A DNA stretch of 63,361 nucleotides, counting the filler, from Octopus bimaculoides (Eukaryota), in NCBI RefSeq assembly GCF_001194135.2. It is 5 parts of 4 records of this genome, joined end to end, with 100 filler letters (N's around TTAATTAATTAA, not from the genome) between each part and the next. Parts side by side here need not be neighbours in the genome. Positions count along the whole stretch, not along the records: positions 18,515 to 27,628 come from NC_068998.1; positions 27,729 to 40,261 come from NC_068985.1; 3 more parts are not named here. The stretch is one strand, 5' to 3'. Both the position numbers and the translations under genes were made by a program. Of the stretch, positions 25,026 to 37,772 are shown one piece after another. The first letter of the stretch is position 1; each line of letters opens with the position of its first letter. Under the pieces are notes generated by a model. That model did not search any database. It saw only the letters and a list, made by a program, of their open reading frames with translations, and was not told where the DNA came from.

Positions 25026-25767
25026 CAATAAGCGCATCCGTGCTTGCCAACTGAGCTCTCATGTCTGTGTGGTTAAACTCATTGTGCTTTCAAATCTGCG
25101 GCCGTAAGTTCAAATCTGTTGCCAGCATAACCCTTTTAATTTTTGTTCTCTGTCTTTCTATTTTTCAGCTCCGTTCAAGCAGACCAAAGAAAAATCCAAC
25201 CGTACCCATCCCATCTTTTCTGTTATATCTAGAACTGTAATATCCAAAGTGGAGGCAGTACAAGTCCTTTAAGACGACAGAGAAAAAGTTGGAGATATTT
25301 AACCACTATTTCTAACAGGACTAGCAGCTGCGTAGATACACAACGTTAAGTTATTTAAGAATTTGTATAATCAAGACCGAAGTCCATCAAGGAGTATAAG
25401 ATGCGGCCTTACAGTCGTAAATTCGCCATGTCTCTTCCAGTTCTTACTATTCAGTTTGCGGTGCAAACGTTATGCTGCGAAATGTTTTCTTACTTGTACA
25501 AATATGTATGACATTGTGTAATTAGCATAATTATTAATTAGTAGATTCACTTGGGTAATTAACCTTTTGTGTTAATATTAATTTATTGCAAGTGTAATCC
25601 GTAACGATATCACGTTTGCACGCGCACAAAAGCATGGCTTACAGAGAACAGCGATCTGAACATTAGCTTTGATTACGTGATTGCGCCTGACGCCAGCATG
25701 TGTGTGTGCCAGCTCGCCCTATATATTGATGTAAGTTAATCGTATACGTATACGTGTGTGCCTCCAC

Positions 25768-25863
<96 letters not shown>

Positions 25864-26165
25864 NNNNNNNNNNNNNNNNNNNNNNNNNNNNNNNNNNNNN
25901 NNNNNNNNNNNNNNNNNNNNNNNNNNNNNNNNNNNNNNNNNNNNNNNNNNNNNNNNNNNNNNNNNNNNNNNNNNNNNNNNNNNNNNNNNNNNNNNNNNNN
26001 NNNNNNNNNNNNNNNNNNNNNNNNNNNNNNNNNNNNNNNNNNNNNNNNNNNNNNNNNNNNNNNNNNNNNNNNNNNNNNNNNNNNNNNNNNNNNNNNNNNN
26101 NNNNNNNNNNNNNNNNNNNNNNNNNNNNNNNNNNNNNNNNNNNNNNNNNNNNNNNNNNNNNNNNN

Positions 26166-26229
<64 letters not shown>

Positions 26230-26377
26230 TACATATATACACACTTACATACACATTCATGTTTATAACGATGTTTACAACGATATAGCAAATATAATAT
26301 TAAAAGTGTGTAAAAACTAATTGTAACTATATATGTGTGTGTGTATGCATATATATGTATATATATATATATATGTA

Positions 26378-26444
<67 letters not shown>

Positions 26445-27041
26445 AAATATAAACATGTCAGTGTTAATATTCTATATATCTATCTATATATATATATATA
26501 TATCGGTTGACACTTCTGTTCTGGTTTTCTCATCGGTTACCGTCTCAAGAACACAGGAATTCTCACCATTCTTCGCACCATTTCCCTCTGTTCCTTGTCT
26601 TTCTCTCTCTCTCCACACCCCCTCTTTATTTCCCGCTTTCTCTTCAGTCTCTCTCTCTCTCTCTTCTTTTCTCCCCTTTTTTCTCCCTCTCTCCTTTAGA
26701 ATATCTCACATTCTCTTACTTTCCTCGTCGTCTGTGTTTCTATTTCCTTGCTCTCCCTTACTGCTACTTTATCCATGTTACATTCCGTCTTTCTCTTTCT
26801 TAATGACTCCCTCATACTCCCTCACGCTCTCTCTCTCTTTCTGCCTGTCTGTCCCTCTCTCTCTCTCTCTCCCTCCCTCCCACTCTAATCATATACCTAT
26901 GCCTCACTTTCTCTCCCCTTCACCATTATTTTTCTTTCTGTCTGAATTTCCGTTTCTTCTATTTCTTTATTGATTTTCATATTTACATAATTATTATTAT
27001 GAGCGCGCGTGTGCGCCTTTGCATATCTGCACGCACGCACG

Positions 27042-27072
<31 letters not shown>

Positions 27073-27163
27073 ATACATGTAAATACATACACACACACAT
27101 ATACATGTGCGTGTGTATATATTTACATATATATATATACATGTGTGTGTATCTATTTGCTAC

Positions 27164-27212
<49 letters not shown>

Positions 27213-27574
27213 AATATACAAGCATTTATGTGTATATTTGTGTATACACACACACACACACACACACACAAATAACATGTATGTATGTATGGATGGATGG
27301 ATGTGTGCTTGTATGTGTGTGTCTGTGTGTGTGTGTGTGTGTATGTACGGAAATGTATTAGCTTTACCCCCTGACAGTTGGGTAAATGCCATGCCAGTTC
27401 CAACTGAAAACCACAACGAAATGACTCACACCTTTTGCTTTGGGTGTTGTCGAAATTGGTAAATTGGTGAGAGTACCTTTCGTTGTCTCTATAACGCCAG
27501 TGTGTGAGTGTGCGTGCGCGCGCGCGTGTATTTACATAGACATACACAGATATACACACATACACACACATACT

Positions 27575-27628
<54 letters not shown>

Positions 27629-27728
27629 NNNNNNNNNNNNNNNNNNNNNNNNNNNNNNNNNNNNNNNNNNNNTTAATTAATTAANNNNNNNNNNNNNNNN
27701 NNNNNNNNNNNNNNNNNNNNNNNNNNNN
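27629..27728. other. Assembly join: N44 + TTAATTAATTAA + N44
   Basis: Linker at 27673-27684. Confidence 0.95.
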
Positions 27729-29452
27729 ATATAATATATATATTTATTATTTAATTGAACGCGACGCTTACATTTCCAAGTAAGTCTATCTTCACATTTT
27801 TTTGTTGCGACTCTACTCTATATTGTTTTCCTCCTCCATCCTTCATTAATTCCATTTTCTTCCCTCCCTCCTTCACCGTTTTCTATCTGTCTGTCTGTCT
27901 GTCTCCCTTCTTTCTTTCTCTCTGTCGTTGCTCACACGTGACCGACGTCCATCTTTCTTTTCCAGCATGGACGTTCATTGAATATCTATATATATGGTGT
28001 CAGGTTACAAGCATATATACACAAACACACACACACACACAAACACACGCACACACTCGTATGCGCACACACAAACCTACATATACTTGCATAAACACAT
28101 ACATACACGAATATGTATATACGTAAATGTGTATGCGTGAGTATATATATGCATATGCATGTGTGTTTGTGTGCGTGTGTGTGTCTACACATTTAATAGG
28201 GACCTGTACATTGGTTTTTAACCGGCTCTTGTACACTACAACATGAAAAGCATTCACTGCGGTATGTTGTCTCAGAGATAAAATTCTTGCTAAAGATTTT
28301 GTGTGGGGGAAAAAGACGATTTTTTCTTTAAGACAAAATCTTGAAATGAATGCTTTTCATTACTGTACAAGTGCGCGTCAAAAGTAAAAATGAATGCACA
28401 CCTTTATTTGGATTTACTTTGCTCTGTGCACTTATAGGATATATATATATATATATATATANNNNNNNNNNNNNNNNNNNNNNNNNNNNNNNNNNNNNNN
28501 NNNNNNNNNNNNNNNNNNNNNNNNNNNNNNNNNNNNNNNNNNNNNNNNNNNNNNNNNNNNNNNNNNNNNNNNNNNNNNNNNNNNNNNNNNNNNNNNNNNN
28601 NNNNNNNNNNNNNNNNNNNNNNNNNNNNNNNNNNNNNNNNNNNNNNNNNNNNNNNNNNNNNNNNNNNNNNNNNNNNNNNNNNNNNNNNNNNNNNNNNNNN
28701 NNNNNNNNNNNNNNNNNNNNNNNNNNNNNNNNNNNNNNNNNNNNNNNNNNNNNNNNNNNNNNNNNNNNNNNNNNNNNNNNNNNNNNNNNNNNNNNNNNNN
28801 NNNNNNNNNNNNNNNNNNNNNNNNNNNNNNNNNNNNNNNNNNNNNNNNNNNNNNNNNNNNNNNNNNNNNNNNNNNNNNNNNNNNNNNNNNNNNNNNNNNN
28901 NNNNNNNNNNNNNNNNNNNNNNNNNNNNNNNNNNNNNNNNNNNNNNNNNNNNNNNNNNNNNNNNNNNNNNNNNNNNNNNNNNNNNNNNNNNNNNNNNNNN
29001 NNNNNNNNNNNNNNNNNNNNNNNNNNNNNNNNNNNNNNNNNNNNNNNNNNNNNNNNNNNNNNNNNNNNNNNNNNNNNNNNNNNNNNNNNNNNNNNNNNNN
29101 NNNNNNNNNNNNNNNNNNNNNNNNNNNNNNNNNNNNNNNNNNNNNNNNNNNNNNNNNNNNNNNNNNNNNNNNNNNNNNNNNNNNNNNNNNNNNNNNNNNN
29201 NNNNNNNNNNNNNNNNNNNNNNNNNNNNNNNNNNNNNNNNNNNNNNNNNNNNNNNNNNNNNNNTATATATATGTGTGTGTGTGTACATATATAAAATTAA
29301 TCAAAGGACATACTAAGTATGTCTACCTGCTTGAAATAACAATCAAAACTCGTTATTAAATCGCCAAAAATACACTGGTGATTACTACAGAAATCAAACG
29401 AAGGCAAATTTGGTTAAGACAATCTACTTACATACATTCAAGTATATGGATT

Positions 29453-29506
29453 TACGTGGACAATTTTCTGTATTGGCATAATATACCTTAGCGTCTTCAG
29501 CACGCA
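29453..29506 (-). ncRNA. Type-I hammerhead-like motif, partly degenerate
   Basis: Minus strand reads TGCGTG-CTGAAGA-(25 nt)-GAAA-ATTG-TC|CACGTA: 6-bp stem I (one G.U), intact CUGAAGA, GAAA and GUC. Stem II pairs poorly at its base, and stem III looks like ACAATTGT missing 2 nt. Confidence 0.45.
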
Positions 29507-29624
29507 TTACCAGAAAGCGATTCCCAACCTATCCTTCCGAAATCTGTGCTGCTACTGATTCGTTTCGCGCCGAAATCACAGCAGCTTCTCAGTGTAAAAT
29601 AATCTCGTTGCCGAATTACGAGAA

Positions 29625-29866
29625 AAATTATTTAATAAAATTAATTTACAAAGGTACCGTTAATTCTATTATTATCCAATGTCATTAGTTTAAGAATGAT
29701 AATAACAGAATCAATGATACAGGCGACTTCAAGCCAAAAAATAGCATTTAAATAACCGAAGGATTAAAATTAATCGTTGATTCTGTTATTATCATTCTTA
29801 AACTAGTGACATTGGATAATAATAGAATTAACGGTACCTTTGTAAATTAATTTTATTAAATTATTT
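29625..29866. mobile_element. Near-perfect foldback (MITE-like or PLE-derived inverted repeat)
   Basis: 29630-29714 pairs with 29777-29861 at 84/85 around a 62-nt loop. AAATTATTT at 29625-29633 and 29858-29866 could be a 9-bp TSD. Confidence 0.9.
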
Positions 29867-30343
29867 ATGCGTGTGTGCATGCGTGTGTGTGCGTGCGTGC
29901 TGCGCTTGCGCACACGCATTCGGGTTATTCTTAACTAGCAAGTGACTGCAACTGAAGCTGTACTTTCAAGCTAAAACAGCTGCATCATGTAAGACCATCT
30001 TCATCAACTTAATAACGCATAAAGCTGTTAAATTTACTTAAATCTATTTCATAGTTTGCAGTGGAACTGTGTCAGTGTCGCAGTTTTGAGACGAAAATGT
30101 TTTGACGTGTCATGGAATACATTTAAATTTAAATTTACGATGCAGTGGTTTTAGTTTGAACGGACAATTTTTACTTCATTAAATGACCCCCCCCCCACAT
30201 ACACACAAAGACATGTATATTCACACATATATGCGTATATGTATACCTGCACACATACATATATATATTATATTTAAATGTAGGAGGTGATGCAGATGCG
30301 TAGGAAGGTTTAATATACGCCACCCGAGGTGCTGCCATTTATA

Positions 30344-30890
30344 TAGGCGCACACATGGTTGTGTGGTAAGAAGCTTGAATCCCAACCACATACTTCCAGG
30401 TTCAGTCCCACTACGTGGCACCTTGGACTTCTATTATAGCCTCGGTCCGATCAAAGTTTTGTGAGTGGATTTGTTGGACGAAAACTGAAAGTGGCCCGTC
30501 GTATATATGTATGTATATATCTCTGTGTGTGTTTATAGACGAGAGACAGATATTCTCCGTATAGAATACACTTTGTAGTGCTCAAGAAGTTTAAACTTGA
30601 GCAGGTAGAGGAGTAAATGTAAGGACAAGCAAGTTAGGCAAGTTGATATAAAAAAATCTACGGTGATCTATATGTGTGTTTTTGTGTCAGTATTTGTCTC
30701 CCACCACAGCTTGACAACCGGTTTTGGTGTATTTACGTCCCCGTAACTTAGCGGCTCGGTAAAAGATATCAATAAAATAAGTACCAGGCTTAAAAAATGT
30801 ACTGCGATTGATTCATTCAACTAAAATTTCTTTGAGGCGGTGTCCCAGCACGGCTGCAGTCTCATCACTGAAACAGGTAAAAGATAAAAG
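30344..30890 (+). mobile_element. Full-length bipartite SINE with a ~125-bp insertion in its internal microsatellite
   Basis: Head 30344-30510 and tail module 30675-30890, separated by (TA)/(TG) repeats plus unrelated sequence at about 30540-30665. Confidence 0.8.
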
Positions 30891-31366
30891 TTATTTTTAC
30901 TCCCTGGAGTGGAAAACATTTTTGACATTTAAAGTTATCACTGAGAATCAGTTTACTTTGAATCAATGAATAAGACGGAAACGGTCTTTCGAATAATAAA
31001 CAAGAATTAGATACCAAACCATGTAATATATACATATATGTGTGCACAGACACGAATGCACATGTGTACGCGTATGTTTGTACGTAGTTCATCATGTGAG
31101 TATACATACACATTCACTTACACACTTACCTAGATACACATACATGCATACATGCATAGATACATGCATACATACATACATACATGCGTACATACAAGTA
31201 TGCATATATATAATTATATATATATATATACATACACATACGCACATGCAGTATATATATATGCATATACGCCCACATTTATGTATGTATACACACACAC
31301 ACACACACATATATATGCACATATATATATGTATATATATATACATACATACATACATACATATAC

Positions 31367-31425
<59 letters not shown>

Positions 31426-31593
31426 NNNNNNNNNNNNNNNNNNNNNNNNNNNNNNNNNNNNNNNNNNNNNNNNNNNNNNNNNNNNNNNNNNNNNNNNNNN
31501 NNNNNNNNNNNNNNNNNNNNNNNNNNNNNNNNNNNNNNNNNNNNNNNNNNNNNNNNNNNNNNNNNNNNNNNNNNNNNNNNNNNNNNNNNNNNN

Positions 31594-31625
<32 letters not shown>

Positions 31626-32399
31626 TACATACTTTCTTGTACACATGCATTCACACATATAAACAGTTGATTACGGTAGGTCTTTGATATTTTTATTGAG
31701 ACGTCTCTTTCAAAAGGTGAATCAAATGGATTTTAATTAAGGTGAATAATAAGAATTAAGTGATCGGTTTGAAAGATTGCAGAGGACAATTATACTGGGA
31801 AGATGTCGTAAGAAATGAAATGGTATAAATGTTAGGAAATCAAAGTGTAAAATCACAAAGATACCAAATTCATCAACCGGAAATAATAAAAGTTCCTGGC
31901 TTTGAAGTTGAGTGTGTAAGAGGCAGAAAACTCTCCAAGATATTTAGTCAGACATCAAGAATTAGCGCCATCTTATTCTCTGTATTTGTTAATTATTCTT
32001 GTTAAAGCAACACCCCCTACCCACAACACACACGTCCTTTCGTAAAGAAAAACATAAGAGCTTTTAAACAGTTAAATGGAGTTTTCATGACATCCTAATC
32101 ATTTTTTTCATCCTCTCATTCTCCTCTGCTCCCTCCTCTTCCTCCTACTCCACCTCTTCCTCCTTCTCAACATCATCACCACAACTACGAACATTACTAC
32201 TATCACCATCGTGGTGGTCGTCATCATCATTATCACTATGACTACCATCACATCATCATCATTGTCTGTCAGTGTTGTCTTTTAATGAGGATTTCTAAAA
32301 CTACATTTTTCTTACGTTATTCCTCTTCTTAGCTTATGTTCTTTGCCTTTCCCTCTTATCCTCATAACTATTATTGTTGTTACCACCATTACATCGAGC

Positions 32400-32448
<49 letters not shown>

Positions 32449-32558
32449 CCTATGTGTGTATTATATTTATATCGTTTACTTGTTCTAGTCATTAAATCGC
32501 AGCCTTTCTGGAGCAACGCCTTGAGATGTATGCAGGTATATGCACATGTGTATATATA

Positions 32559-32780
32559 TGAGGGTGAGTCAAAAAGTAATACCATTTTGTTTAGGCCAGG
32601 TATAATTACCAATACAGGAACATGTATCATACATCAAAATGAAGCTGGTCCTCTGTGGATCACTTCCCTACTTCTCAACATAGTCAACGTTTCTCTCAAC
32701 AGCAATGTTCCACCTTCGAATGAGAGCATGTATCCCTGCCCCGTAAAATTCTGTTGACTGTTCTTTGAGCCACTTCTTCA
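32559..32780 (-). mobile_element. Mariner 3' end with one TIR
   Basis: TA|TGAGGGTGAGTCAAAAAGTAAT terminus. Minus strand encodes VKKWLKEQSTEFYGAGIHALIRRWNIAVERNVDYVEK*, a mariner C-terminus. Confidence 0.85.
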
Positions 32781-32839
32781 CTTAATAATCTTTGCCTCTC
32801 AAACCGTCTTTCATGGGGTCGAAGAGATGATAGTCCAGT

Positions 32840-33060
32840 AAAGAGGAAGCTCCATGAGGCTCCGGCAGGGGGTGGTGGCGACCCCTGTTGTACTCTTTTG
32901 CCCCAACTTTCTCTCACTCTTTCTTCTTGTTTCTTGAGTAAAGTTGCAATGGACTGGCGTCCCGTCCAGCTGTGGAGGGTGGGGGTGGAGCATATACGCC
33001 ATAGAATCCGGGAAACCGGGCCCATGAGCCTGGCTAGGCTTTAAAAGGGCGCATAAAAAG
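32840..33060. mobile_element. Two juxtaposed SINE fragments in opposite orientation
   Basis: 32840-32940 is the reverse complement of 50035-50125. 32940-33060 is a GGACTGGCGTCCCGTCCAG..CCCATGAGCCTGGCTAGGC tail related to 59000-59070. Confidence 0.65.
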
Positions 33061-33105
33061 ATAAATAATATGACACTATATATTATGTAAATTATATGGA
33101 AACAT

Positions 33106-33320
33106 TTCTAGTATTGGCACAAGATCAGCAATTTCGTGGGAGGGCGTAAGACGATTACATTGATTCCAGTTTTCAACTGGCAGTTATTTTATGGATCTCG
33201 AAAGGAGATGAAAGGCAAAATCGGCCTCGGAGGAATTTGAACTCAGAACATAAAGACGGACGCAATGCCGCTACGCATTCCGTCTGGCGTGCTAACGATT
33301 CTGCCAGTTCGCCGACTTAA
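33106..33320 (-). mobile_element. tRNA-derived SINE, same family as 17953-18185
   Basis: GATGAAAGGCAAA..GGAATTTGAACTCAGAAC..GCTAACGATTCTGCCAG.TCGCCG is the reverse complement of the head and core. Confidence 0.85.
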
Positions 33321-33650
33321 ACATTTGATATCATACTCTATTTCTCTCTTCGGAGATATTGATCGGTCTTTTAGTTCATAAGGCAGGTTTGAACTTACCC
33401 TGCCACGATATGGTAATCACTTCCAGCTACAATACCAGCTAATTGCTAGATAGCTATATACCGTAGAGCAATATTTGATTCGCCTAAGGCGGCGTGCCGG
33501 CAGATTTATTATCACGAATGCTTAGCGGCATTTCGTCGTTTTTATGGTCTAAGTTCACACACACACACGCACATACGCACCTGCGCGCGCGCGCACACAA
33601 TACACACAGACAGACAAACACGCACGGACTTCTGGAAGGTCATTACAGCA

Positions 33651-33795
33651 CAGAATAAAATAGAGGGTACCTCTGCTCAAAATAACAGATAGGGGTACCT
33701 CAGTACAGAGTAAAAGAGAGGGGTACCTTATTACAAAGTGAAAGATTGGGGTACTTCAGTACAAAATAAACGACAGACGCACCTCAGTGCAAAAC
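33651..33795. repeat. ~28-bp minisatellite, about 5 diverged units
   Basis: Units of the type CAAAATAAAAGATAGGGGTACCTCAGTA; three contain GGTACC. Confidence 0.85.
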
Positions 33796-33964
33796 TCAGT
33801 CAAATTGAGCCCATGAAGGATCCTCTACTCGGTCGCTCAGTCTGTTAAACTGTTAGAAATAGTAGTCAAATTTCATTCAGATTACATTATGCTGTTTTAA
33901 AAATAGAAGAATACATTAAAAAACGTAGTTTTAAATATACATAATATATTACCGAGCAAATAAA

Positions 33965-34125
33965 TTAGCAGCATTTCGTCTGTTTTCAAATTCCACCGCG
34001 GTCGACTTTGCCTTTCATCCCTTTCGGGGTCGATAAAATAAGCACCAGTTGAGCACTGGGATCGACGAAATCGGCTTACTTCCTCTCCCAAAATAGCTGA
34101 TCTCGTGCCAAAATTTGAAATTTGG
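33965..34125 (+). mobile_element. SINE fragment (core and tail)
   Basis: TTCAAATTCCACCGCGGTCGACTTTGCCTTTCATCC..GGGGTCGATAAAATAAG. Confidence 0.85.
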
Positions 34126-34169
34126 GACCAATGTAGAACGTTATATCACAACAGAAAGTAGTATTCAAT

Positions 34170-35330
34170 ACCATAATCTGCAACACTACACTACAATACC
34201 TAGTAATTCATTATAACATACCAACGACGCCACAATGCGTACCACTGTTATACCACAACACTCATTACTACATTAGAACACACTACACCATACTATATAA
34301 TTATTTACAACACTTTGCTGCAACACAACACTACATCACAACTTATAACACCATGCTACGTTACAGTATATAACACTACATCACGTCAAGCATCTGTATA
34401 ACAACACAATAAACTATATCTTAGAGCACCTCTCAACGCTTCAGTACATGGCAACACTCAACACTGTACCACAACATATACGACTATACTTCATCAAAAC
34501 ATACAACATTACATCAGTACAGACAACACACAGGACCAAACTATAGCACTAACTACAACGCTATACAGGCATCACATAATCTATATCATAACTCGTAACC
34601 CTCTAGTGCACCACAACTCACAATTCTATATAGTACAAAAATCTACATCACACTATACAACACTACTTTACAACACCCGAAATTATATAGCAACAAACAA
34701 GAATATCCCACATCACAAGATACAATACTACATGCCGACACCCAACGCTATGTTGTAGTGCAGTGACAAAACTATACTGTCACACAAAACACAGCGCTAC
34801 ATTACAACAGTGATATTATTATTCGCCACAACACACAACACTGTATCACACCATAGAATATTATTATACACTAGAACACACAACACTGTATCACAACACA
34901 CAATACTATATTACAAGACAACCTTGCAACACAACACATAACACTATATCACAAAACACGACATTATATCACAACTCACAGCACTGTATCAGAACACAAC
35001 CTTGCCCCACAACACACATTATATCACAACAGACAACAATATACCACGACACAATCTTACACCACAACACACATTATATCATAGCACGCAACACAACCTT
35101 ACACCACAACACACAATACTATATCACAACACAACCTTACATCACAACACACAACACTATATCACAACACAACCTTACATCACAACACACAACGTTATAT
35201 CACAACACACAGAACACACTGTACAAGACTACAGATCAAATCTCAATACTACATTCAACGCTCTTCGCTGCATCATAACGCACAGCATTATTTCTCATAA
35301 ATATGCACTCACCACAGCACTGCAATGATA
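34170..35330. repeat. Degenerate A/C-rich minisatellite of ~18-20-bp units (ACAACACACAACACTATATC-like)
   Basis: Units are clear at about 34820-35220 and increasingly scrambled leftward. Confidence 0.8.
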
Positions 35331-35377
35331 CCAACATCATCACCACCACTCACCATCACTATAACCCCCCCCCCCCT

Positions 35378-35459
<82 letters not shown>

Positions 35460-35505
35460 GCTGCTGCCACCATCACTATCATCGTCATGACCACTACCAC
35501 CACTA
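35378..35505. repeat. (TAC)n trinucleotide microsatellite
   Basis: Read directly. Confidence 0.95.
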
Positions 35506-36209
35506 ACTATGTTATTAAACTTTGTTCAGTTTTAATGAGTTTTTGTTTAGTTTTATGCATGGAAGTTCTCGACTTGAAAAAGAAGGAAAAAATAGATAAA
35601 AACAATGTCGGAATATGAAAAGCCGAAAATAAAAGAGTTGAAAGAGTTTGCCAATCTTTTAACCTCATTCTTCTGTTTATTACTGCATGTGATTTTGAAA
35701 CGAAATCTGAATTACTTTAATCTGTTTTCTTATTGTCTCTAGAATGTTCCATTAAACAACAAAAACAAAACAAAACAAAACAAAACAGACAAACAAACAA
35801 AAAACAAACAAGCACACAAAAGGAAGAAAAACAGTGTTTGCATATTCATATTATGAACGCAAAACAAAAACAATATGTAAATATAGACGTGGAAAAACCA
35901 AACGACACAAAACAAAACAACATTAGTGATGAATAATAAAAGAAAAAAATAGACATGAACATATCATAAATAAAATGTTACAAAGCTAAAATTAATAGTG
36001 TTTCAATTTAATAAGGGGTTTCAGATTTATAGGGACATGAGGATAAATGTCAGATCTTATATTTACAGTATATTTTATATGGAAAATAAACATCAAACCG
36101 AACGCGTTAGGGAGATGAAGCTGTTGCAACAGTGAACCATTCCTTAGTGGGGAACATGTTTTTTTTTTTCATTCTAAGATTTGAAAAAACAGCAAATGCA
36201 CTAGTAGTG

Positions 36210-36215
36210 ATGGTT

Positions 36216-36269
<54 letters not shown>

Positions 36270-36350
36270 ATAGTATTGGTGGTGGTGGTGGCGTTAGTAG
36301 TAATAGCGGAGTGAGGGTGGTAGTGGTGGAGGCAGTAGTAGTAGTAGTAT
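36210..36350. repeat. (GTA)n/(GTG)n trinucleotide microsatellite
   Basis: Read directly. Confidence 0.95.
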
Positions 36351-36384
36351 GTGACAGTTGAATGTCTTAAATGAAAATAGCTCT

Positions 36385-36530
36385 TTCTGATTTTGGTACA
36401 AGACCAGCAATTTTGTGGAGACAGAGGCAAGTTGATTTCAAGGACCTCAGTGCTTGACTAGTACTTATTTCATCGACCGCTTAAGGATGAACAATGCTGA
36501 CTTCCATGGAATTTAAACTGAAAACGTCGG
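36385..36530 (-). mobile_element. Diverged SINE fragment
   Basis: TTTTGGTACAAGACCAGCAATTTT tail and TTCATCGACC..GGATGAA core on the reverse strand. Confidence 0.6.
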
Positions 36531-36809
36531 AGGTGGCTGAACAAGGGTGACATAAAAAGAATACTGTAAGTCTAATCATCGCTACCCAGGAACTGGTTAG
36601 TCATACGGATTTTCTTTCCTTTATTCCCCTTTATCTTCTGTTTCTTTTATCTTCTGTTTCTTTTATCTTCTGTTTCTTTTATCTTCCATTTAATCTATTT
36701 TTAATTTTCTTTGTTTTTCTTTGTTTTTATCTTTTTATTTTTCTTTCCTTTTTCTTCTTTTCCTTCTTCCCCCTTTTATTTTATCACATGACATTGTAAA
36801 TGAACAATC

Positions 36810-37058
36810 TGGTGTGTTTATTTTAATGGACCTTTTGAGCATGATGGGCTACTCGACCTGAAGAGAATTCTATCTGGGCACCACCGGCAAGGTCATGTGC
36901 TGTTTATCTTGATATAAAATCACCAAGTCGCACACATCTGGTTGTGATGCATGTGCCTGGCGTACCCTTATCAGACGATTAGACATGATGTGTATACTGG
37001 GCTTTGTATATTTGTACCCCAGTGTCACTCTGATGGCATGCACTGCTCTCTCACTCAA

Positions 37059-37060
<2 letters not shown>
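36810..37060 (+). mobile_element. Probable 3' UTR of an R4/Dong-like LINE ending in a (TAC)n tract
   Basis: Non-coding segment ending ..GATGGCATGCACTGCTCTCTCACTCAATA directly into (TAC)n at 37060-37117. Family assignment is from recall of this repeat, with no ORF evidence. Confidence 0.45.
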
Positions 37061-37117
<57 letters not shown>

Positions 37118-37127
37118 ATAGTGATAA

Positions 37128-37225
37128 TCCTTTCTACTAAAGACACAAGGCTTGAAAGTTTTGAGGAGGGGAGTAGTCGATTACGTTGACCCAAGTGTTT
37201 CACTGGTACTTAATTTGTCGATCCC
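37128..37225 (-). mobile_element. SINE 3' fragment running into an N gap
   Basis: CTTTCTACTAAAGACACAAGGC..GTCGATTAC.TTGACCC..CTGGTACTTAATTT, as at 55461-55560. Confidence 0.75.
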
Positions 37226-37772
37226 NNNNNNNNNNNNNNNNNNNNNNNNNNNNNNNNNNNNNNNNNNNNNNNNNNNNNNNNNNNNNNNNNNNNNNNNNNN
37301 NNNNNNNNNNNNNNNNNNNNNNNNNNNNNNNNNNNNNNNNNNNNNNNNNNNNNNNNNNNNNNNNNNNNNNNNNNNNNNNNNNNNNNNNNNNNNNNNNNNN
37401 NNNNNNNNNNNNNNNNNNNNNNNNNNNNNNNNNNNNNNNNNNNNNNNNNNNNNNNNNNNNNNNNNNNNNNNNNNNNNNNNNNNNNNNNNNNNNNNNNNNN
37501 NNNNNNNNNNNNNNNNNNNNNNNNNNNNNNNNNNNNNNNNNNNNNNNNNNNNNNNNNNNNNNNNNNNNNNNNNNNNNNNNNNNNNNNNNNNNNNNNNNNN
37601 NNNNNNNNNNNNNNNNNNNNNNNNNNNNNNNNNNNNNNNNNNNNNNNNNNNNNNNNNNNNNNNNNNNNNNNNNNNNNNNNNNNNNNNNNNNNNNNNNNNN
37701 NNNNNNNNNNNNNNNNNNNNNNNNNNNNNNNNNNNNNNNNNNNNNNNNNNNNNNNNNNNTAATGATAATAAT

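Larger units (their letters stand above)
19110..28461. repeat. Microsatellite-dominated region: (AT)n, (AC)n, (ATAC)n, (ATCT)n, (CAA)n/(AAT)n and CT-rich tracts with interspersed SINE fragments
   Basis: Read directly, e.g. (CA)n 19702-19742, (AAT)n 21688-21734, (TCTA)n 25769-25834 and 26380-26440, pyrimidine tract 26560-26970. Confidence 0.95.

Noticed and set aside
29545-29596. Second hammerhead-like string on the minus strand (CTGAGAAG..GCGAAACG)
   Set aside because: G8 is absent, there is no stem I partner, and the segment folds better as a simple hairpin (GCTGCT..AGCAGC).
33651-33795. Regularly spaced palindromic repeats resembling a CRISPR array
   Set aside because: Units are contiguous and diverged with no unique spacers, there are no cas genes, and the context is eukaryotic.
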